Assembly (NCBI GenBank): GCA_965205945.1
Contig: CBDBIB010000003.1
Location: 256,001 to 320,000 of the forward strand
DNA length: 64,000 bases
Reading direction: 5' to 3'
Source: Bdellovibrionales bacterium
Lineage (GTDB): Bacteria > Bdellovibrionota > Bdellovibrionia > Bdellovibrionales > UBA1609
In this document: positions 62,650 to 64,000 of the stretch, piece after piece
How positions within the stretch are numbered: the first letter of the stretch is position 1
Layout: each line of letters starts with the position of its first letter
Position numbers and translations under genes: made by a program
Notes under the pieces: generated by a model
Told to the model about the DNA's origin: nothing
Seen by the model: only the letters and a program-made list of their open reading frames with translations
Databases searched by the model: none

Positions 62650-63756
62650 TTATTTAAGCATCCAGGATTTTGAGTATGCATTAAGCTCTACCTTAGAAGC
62701 CTCATTAGAAATTTTTAAGGGCATTCGTGAATCGATCATTACAGCATATTCATTAGTTTTTGTTTTTGCACTGATATTCTTAACAGCTTTTGGGTGTGGA
62801 CCATGGGGAAATCCAGATGGATGAAGACTCATCATTCCGGCGTGTAAATTATCACGACTAAAAAAATCTCCATCATGATAAAATAAAACTTCATCGTAGT
62901 CGATATTTTGGTGATAAAAAGGAACTTTTAAAGCATCTTTATCAGATTCTAAAGGCCTTGGTAAAAAAGTGCAGACTACAAAATCTTTAGCTAAAAATGT
63001 TGTATGCGCTGAGGGTGGCAAGTGTGCTCTGTGGCTCATCAAAGGCATAAGGTCATTAACATGAAGAGTGTATGGGTATAAATCTCCCTTCCAGCCTAAA
63101 GTATCATAAACGTTTTCTTTGTAGGTAAAAGTAGTTTTTTCACCCATTTTTTTCACAACTATTTTACAAATATCATAATCAAGCAAATTTAAAATTTTAT
63201 GAAGTTTGTCTAAATTAGGTTTCACTAAAGCTTCTGTATCATATACGGCATTTTTTCCAACCATTCCACGGTCAGGCTCATTAAAATGACTATTCTTATT
63301 CTCCACAACAAAAAACTTAGAGTTATTTTTAGGAATAAACGTATGTCCTAAGCATTTTGGGATAACAATATACATTCCTTTATTATATGTAAGAGACCCA
63401 TATTCAGTAAGGAGTTCTCCGTCACCAAAATGACAAAAATAAAGTAAGTCTCCATCGGCATTTCTATAAGAAATTTGGTTGCTTAAATCTTTAGGAGAAA
63501 TTAAAAGCAGTGAAATTTCAATTTGTTCATTAAATAAAAGTTTAATGAGTTTTCTAGAATCACAAAGTTTAGTAAGATCAAACATATGGGGTCTTAATGG
63601 ACCGTTAATATCTACCCACCTTGTTGAGGGTTTTGGTTTTAATAAATGAGAAACTCTACCAAAAAAACCTAAAAGTCCTTGTTCTTCTTCAAACTGCCCT
63701 TTAGGGATTCCTTTATGAGCTTGTTTTGTGTGTCGACCTTGAGAGTAGTGGTGCAT
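62650..63756 (-). CDS. hmgA: Homogentisate 1,2-dioxygenase
   Basis: RNADGD, HLPPSAH, VPFYHQNIDYDEVLFYH and HP.GFPHGPHP motifs. Confidence 0.92.
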   Translation of the reverse strand: MHHYSQGRHTKQAHKGIPKGQFEEEQGLLGFFGRVSHLLKPKPSTRWVDINGPLRPHMFDLTKLCDSRKLIKLLFNEQIEISLLLISPKDLSNQISYRNADGDLLYFCHFGDGELLTEYGSLTYNKGMYIVIPKCLGHTFIPKNNSKFFVVENKNSHFNEPDRGMVGKNAVYDTEALVKPNLDKLHKILNLLDYDICKIVVKKMGEKTTFTYKENVYDTLGWKGDLYPYTLHVNDLMPLMSHRAHLPPSAHTTFLAKDFVVCTFLPRPLESDKDALKVPFYHQNIDYDEVLFYHDGDFFSRDNLHAGMMSLHPSGFPHGPHPKAVKNISAKTKTNEYAVMIDSRMPLKISNEASKVELNAYSKSWMLK

Positions 63757-63758
63757 AT

Positions 63759-64000
<242 letters not shown>

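Overview
AT-rich bacterial chromosome segment. Gene content and FQNC-type lipoprotein signals suggest Bdellovibrionota, which is an inference. Core blocks are: a LysM membrane protein; a RadD helicase; an amnB-amnA-asparaginase-II-like-ridA operon; Slt and TPR genes; yeaG-yeaH-spoVR; a menaquinone cluster (menF,D,H,A,C,E, thioesterase, ubiE/menG, DAHP synthase, polyprenyl synthase, but no menB); secA; an A2-type caa3 cytochrome c oxidase operon; and the whole Phe/Tyr homogentisate pathway. A decayed accessory region at about 41.5-53.7 kb holds nested IS66/IS4(IS50-like)/IS3 elements, IS982-derived mini-elements, an IS-split DUF4105 gene, mobile mystery proteins A/B behind a phased triple palindrome, and TraD, Uma2 and ParA relics. 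It also holds a DUF1566 (C-type lectin fold) lipoprotein whose last 38 codons look like a diversity-generating retroelement (DGR) variable region followed by a perfect hairpin. No RT or template repeat was seen in the window. No rRNA, tRNA or CRISPR array was seen.
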